Below are positions 40,243-43,189 of a stretch of 43,189 nucleotides of DNA, piece after piece. The translations under genes were made by a program, and so were the position numbers. The notes beneath the pieces are model-generated. The model had not been told where the DNA came from. It did not search any database and saw only the letters and a program-made list of their open reading frames with translations. Numbering within the stretch: the stretch's first letter is position 1; every line of letters begins with the position of its first letter. Source of the DNA: a virus; the IMG/VR virus record IMGVR_UViG_3300029174_000003, positions 1 to 43,189 of that record. One strand, written 5' to 3'.

Positions 40243-40765
40243 CGAGAAGAAATTCTATACAGCAGTCACACGTATGGAAGCAGGTGTTGAACCGCAGAAA
40301 GTTGCAGACGACCTGGACATCAGTTATGCAACAGCCTTACGCTGGCGCCGTGAATATATGGCAGCTAAGGAGCAAGGCAAACTTGGAGAGCTACTTGACC
40401 TGGATAAACTAGCTCTGACAGTGACATTTGAGGCTGCAGCAGGCACAGCGGCTCTGCAGGGTGAAGTATTAAAGCCAGCAATTGATACCTTAGCTAAGGG
40501 TGTTAGTGGCCTGCAGGCCTTGCAAGAGCAGTTTCAGAGCACAGCTGTGTTCCTTAACCAGCAAATCAAAAGCCGTGCCGCCAGTGTAGACCACATATCT
40601 GAGCTAGTTGAGCTAACAACAGCCTTGTGCTCCTTGCAAAACGCTTTCTTTAATAAGAACTCTACCCAAGTTAACGTACAAAATAACTTTGGTGGTGACA
40701 ATAGTAAGCCATATGGCAACTTTTTGAGTGATGTGCCTACTGAAAAGCCGGAGGCATTACAGTGA
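40229..40765 (+). CDS. terS: Terminase small subunit (178 aa)
   Basis: It lies directly upstream of and is coupled to the large terminase. It has an N-terminal HTH (VADDLDISYATALRWRREY). Confidence 0.65.
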   Translation: MAISDEKKFYTAVTRMEAGVEPQKVADDLDISYATALRWRREYMAAKEQGKLGELLDLDKLALTVTFEAAAGTAALQGEVLKPAIDTLAKGVSGLQALQEQFQSTAVFLNQQIKSRAASVDHISELVELTTALCSLQNAFFNKNSTQVNVQNNFGGDNSKPYGNFLSDVPTEKPEALQ

Positions 40766-42432
40766 TTAAATACGGATTACTCATAGATGAAGAAACATTC
40801 AACGAGTTATACCCTGATTTAATTGGGTATTACTCATTTTTCAACAGCCCGCCTCCTGTTGGTATCAGTCCGCAGGAGTTTGAACGCCGTTATCTAAGTA
40901 ATAAGCTTTGGCGTCTTAACCATGTATACACGATTACTGATAAAGAAGGTAGTCCTGTGCAATTTAAGATGAAGCATGCACAGCATGTTGTATACGCGCG
41001 TGCACGCAGGCACCCACGTGTGATAGTATTGAAGAGCCGGCAGCAAGGCATAAGCACATTATGGCTTGTTAGTTACTTTGATGATGCTGTATTCCAGCCA
41101 TTACTAAATATCGGGATGATGGCACAAGGTGTTGATGAGGCATCTACTCTTCTTGAGCGCTCCAAATTTCTGTGGGACCAGTTAGATAGCAGTGTTAAGA
41201 GCTTTATTGGTGTTACATTGGACAAAGATAATGCCAAAGAGTTCTCGTTTAGCAACGGGTCTAAGATTATCATCCGTGTATCCTTCCGTTCCAGCACATT
41301 ACAGCGTTTACATGTGTCTGAGATGGGTAAAATAGCTAATAACTTCCCAATCCGAGCTAAAGAAGTTAAGACTGGTACCCTGCAGGCGCTAGCCCGTGGT
41401 AACACAGGCATAATTGAGAGCACTGCTGAAGGTATGAACATGTTTAAGGACATGTGGGACCAGGCGGAGTTGGCTTTATACTCAGACTCTATGTCAGCCA
41501 AGGACTTTTATCCTGTGTTCCTGTCCTGGGTAGTGGACCCTGACTGCCTGGAGCCAGTAGACCAGCCTGTAGACTCTGACGCCGAGAAGTATTTTGAGAA
41601 ACTGGAAGAAGAATATACAGCTTATCGTCGCAAGTTCGAACCTGAATATAGCGGCTTACAGCTAACTAAAGAGCAGAAGAACTTCTGGATAGTCCAACGC
41701 CGTGAGTTAGGCGGCGATGTGCATCAGGAATACCCTGGTACGCCTGAAGAAGCCTTTACAGCCAGCCGTGATGGCACCTACTGGAGCCGCCAGTTCCAGG
41801 AAGAAGTTGTTCGCCGTGGCAATGTGCAGACTGACGTGTATGACCCTAACCTGTTAGTTGATGTCTACCTTGATATCGGCGTTGAAGACTATGGTGTGCT
41901 GGTCTTCAAGCAATGGTTCCGCGGTGAGTATCGTATCATTGATGAGTACTTCAACCAGAACTATGATATGGCACACTACATGGATGAAGCCATGGGCCGT
42001 GGGTATAAGGTCAGAGCTATACGCTTCCCCCATGATGCCATGGTGCGCGAGTACGCAGGTGGAAACACTGGTGCAGGTGGTCGGTCGCGTAGTCGACTAG
42101 ACATCGCCCGTGAGAAGGCACGCCTTGAGGGTTGGGATATCATCATTGATGTGGTAGCTAAAGATAGCATAGCTAATGGTGTTGAAGCCGTGCGCCGTAT
42201 GATACCTAAACTAATAATAGATAAGAAGTGTGGGTACATTATCAAATGCTTCCAGCGATACTCTAAGGAGTGGGATGAGAAGTTATCAGCCTGGAAGAAG
42301 ACTGAAAAGCACGATGAATGGTCGCACGGTGCTGCAGCTCTGCGGTACGTTGCTAATGACAGTCTGGAACACGCTTCGGATAGTATGCGTGTGGAACCTA
42401 CTAGACGCCGAAGGACTGGATACGCTGTGTGA
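40762..42432 (+). CDS. terL: Terminase large subunit (556 aa), GTG start
   Basis: GTG overlaps the upstream TGA, with GGAGG 7 nt upstream. The ATPase block is VLKSRQQGISTLW, and there is a C-terminal nuclease-type region. The size is typical. Confidence 0.9.
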   Translation: MIKYGLLIDEETFNELYPDLIGYYSFFNSPPPVGISPQEFERRYLSNKLWRLNHVYTITDKEGSPVQFKMKHAQHVVYARARRHPRVIVLKSRQQGISTLWLVSYFDDAVFQPLLNIGMMAQGVDEASTLLERSKFLWDQLDSSVKSFIGVTLDKDNAKEFSFSNGSKIIIRVSFRSSTLQRLHVSEMGKIANNFPIRAKEVKTGTLQALARGNTGIIESTAEGMNMFKDMWDQAELALYSDSMSAKDFYPVFLSWVVDPDCLEPVDQPVDSDAEKYFEKLEEEYTAYRRKFEPEYSGLQLTKEQKNFWIVQRRELGGDVHQEYPGTPEEAFTASRDGTYWSRQFQEEVVRRGNVQTDVYDPNLLVDVYLDIGVEDYGVLVFKQWFRGEYRIIDEYFNQNYDMAHYMDEAMGRGYKVRAIRFPHDAMVREYAGGNTGAGGRSRSRLDIAREKARLEGWDIIIDVVAKDSIANGVEAVRRMIPKLIIDKKCGYIIKCFQRYSKEWDEKLSAWKKTEKHDEWSHGAAALRYVANDSLEHASDSMRVEPTRRRRTGYAV

Positions 42433-42444
42433 AGAACAGGTAGG

Positions 42445-42475
42445 CCGGGTTACTGTATAGACCCGGTTTATTTTT
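42445..42475 (+). terminator. Rho-independent terminator
   Basis: ccgggt (42445-42450) pairs with acccgg (42461-42466), followed by tttattttt. Confidence 0.8.
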
Positions 42476-42530
42476 AAGTAGTACTTTAATAAATTTAATA
42501 TGTTACTGTAATAGCACTTTAATAATTATC

Positions 42531-42557
42531 AACCTGTTAGGTTAATAAATTTATTAA
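42531..42557. repeat. Adjacent palindromes: aacct-gtt-aggtt and the 16-bp perfect palindrome ttaataaatttattaa
   Basis: Read directly at 42531-42543 and 42542-42557. They are preceded by two actttaataa direct repeats (42483-42492 and 42516-42525). Confidence 0.7.
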
Positions 42558-42639
42558 GTCACTATAGCCTATGCAATTTTAACCGGAGGTCCTGAGGCAA
42601 AGGGAGCGCCGGGCATTCTACCCTGGGCGGGTGAAGTAG

Positions 42640-42900
42640 TTACAGAGCGAAGTAGTAAGGAGCAGAGTAATCACATAGCGTTACTACATTATTCCATATA
42701 ATCACGTAAGAAGTAACAAGGCAGGCAACTACTCAATGCCATATAGTAGCATACAGTGATAGTAACATTGTCAATAGCTTTCAGAGTAATAATAACAATG
42801 GTAACTACTCCAATCAAAGTAATAACCAAGGTATTAGTTAGCCGGATAATAGTTCTCTAAGTAATTACTAACAGAGTAATGATGGCATTAGTGACAATAA
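42640..42900. repeat. Array of short degenerate AGTAAY/RTTACT repeats, including the exact 9-mer CAGAGTAAT three times
   Basis: By eye I counted 10 GTAA and 3 TTAC cores in about 260 bp. CAGAGTAAT occurs at 42663-42671, 42782-42790 and 42872-42880. There is no ORF. Confidence 0.65.
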
Positions 42901-42958
42901 CTATTAGAACGCAAAGATTTGTAAATGTGATGTACAAACTAAATAAACTAAGATATTC

Positions 42959-42970
42959 GCGTGCGCACGC
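42959..42970. promoter_or_regulatory. 12-bp perfect GC-rich palindrome gcgtgcgcacgc
   Basis: Read directly. It lies just downstream of a weak TGTACA (42931-42936) promoter-like sequence in otherwise AT-rich DNA. Confidence 0.5.
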
Positions 42971-43041
42971 ACATAATAAATAGAAGGATATTACTCAGGA
43001 ATCTCGAGCAAATCATTCAGGAAATTAGTTGAAAATAATTG

Positions 43042-43070
43042 TGTACTTTCTTCCTCAAGAGTATTATTAT
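43042..43070 (+). promoter_or_regulatory. Sigma70-type promoter upstream of the first early ORF (TGTACT 43042-43047, 17 bp, TATTAT 43065-43070)
   Basis: Read directly. The ORF starting at 43105 (equivalent to 15) follows. Confidence 0.5.
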
Positions 43071-43090
43071 TTAGTTATTGAAACAAACAA

Positions 43091-43189
43091 CAGGAACTAA
43101 ACAAATGAATGCACATGTACTTGACTATCTGATGAAAGTGTCTATTGACATGCGAATGAATCCTCATAAGTATTCCTACGAGGAGCTTG
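43091..43189. repeat. Second copy of the 99-bp window-terminal repeat
   Basis: Identical to 1..99. It contains the 5' part of the 15..134 ORF. Confidence 0.95.

Noticed and set aside
1-43189. Lysogeny module, phage RNA polymerase, CRISPR array, tRNA/rRNA genes, homing endonucleases or inteins
   Set aside because: I looked through all ORFs and intergenic regions. I found no integrase, recombinase or CI-like repressor signatures, no RNAP motifs, no regularly spaced repeats, and no split or oversized replication genes.

Overview
The window is a complete genome of a virulent, podovirus-like dsDNA phage. The contig closes on itself: bases 1-99 equal 43091-43189, so the unique length is 43090 bp.

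There are three transcription blocks:
- **Plus strand, 1-22011.** Small early genes sit behind repeated sigma70-type promoters. A replication and nucleotide-metabolism module follows: prim-pol/SF3 helicase, DHFR, Dda-like helicase, SSB-like protein, family-A DNA polymerase, ThyA-like enzyme, MazG-like NTPase, deaminase fusion, DUF2829 protein, Cas4-like nuclease, SF2 helicase, ATP ligase and VRR-NUC. The block ends with a lysis cassette (GH108 endolysin, 3-TM holin).
- **Minus strand, 39976-22043.** Scaffold, major capsid, decoration-like protein, adaptor/nozzle candidates, duplicated virion proteins, portal, a 1015-aa internal protein and an SGNH-esterase tailspike.
- **Plus strand, 40081-42432.** RHH protein, small terminase and large terminase, followed by a roughly 650-bp repeat-rich non-coding arm.

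I saw no integrase, repressor module, tRNA, CRISPR array or phage RNA polymerase.

Most noteworthy observations:
- The only ThyA-family enzyme carries Asp at the Asn177-equivalent specificity position. This predicts a dCMP rather than dUMP substrate, and so possibly 5-methyl- or 5-hydroxymethyl-cytosine DNA. It sits beside a MazG-like NTPase, and the genome also encodes DHFR.
- An insulated two-gene cassette encodes a deaminase::DUF5664 fusion and an N-extended DUF2829 (Tad2-like) protein.
- A 142-bp element between the SSB-like gene and the polymerase operon is closed by a perfect 20-bp inverted repeat.
- The early region has a composite repeat/operator system (GTTGTGACA box). It surrounds a GC-rich insert and recurs in front of a five-HTH protein.
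- A divergent paralog pair has one copy in a maximal-expression cassette.

All functional calls come from motif recognition by eye, not from database searches.
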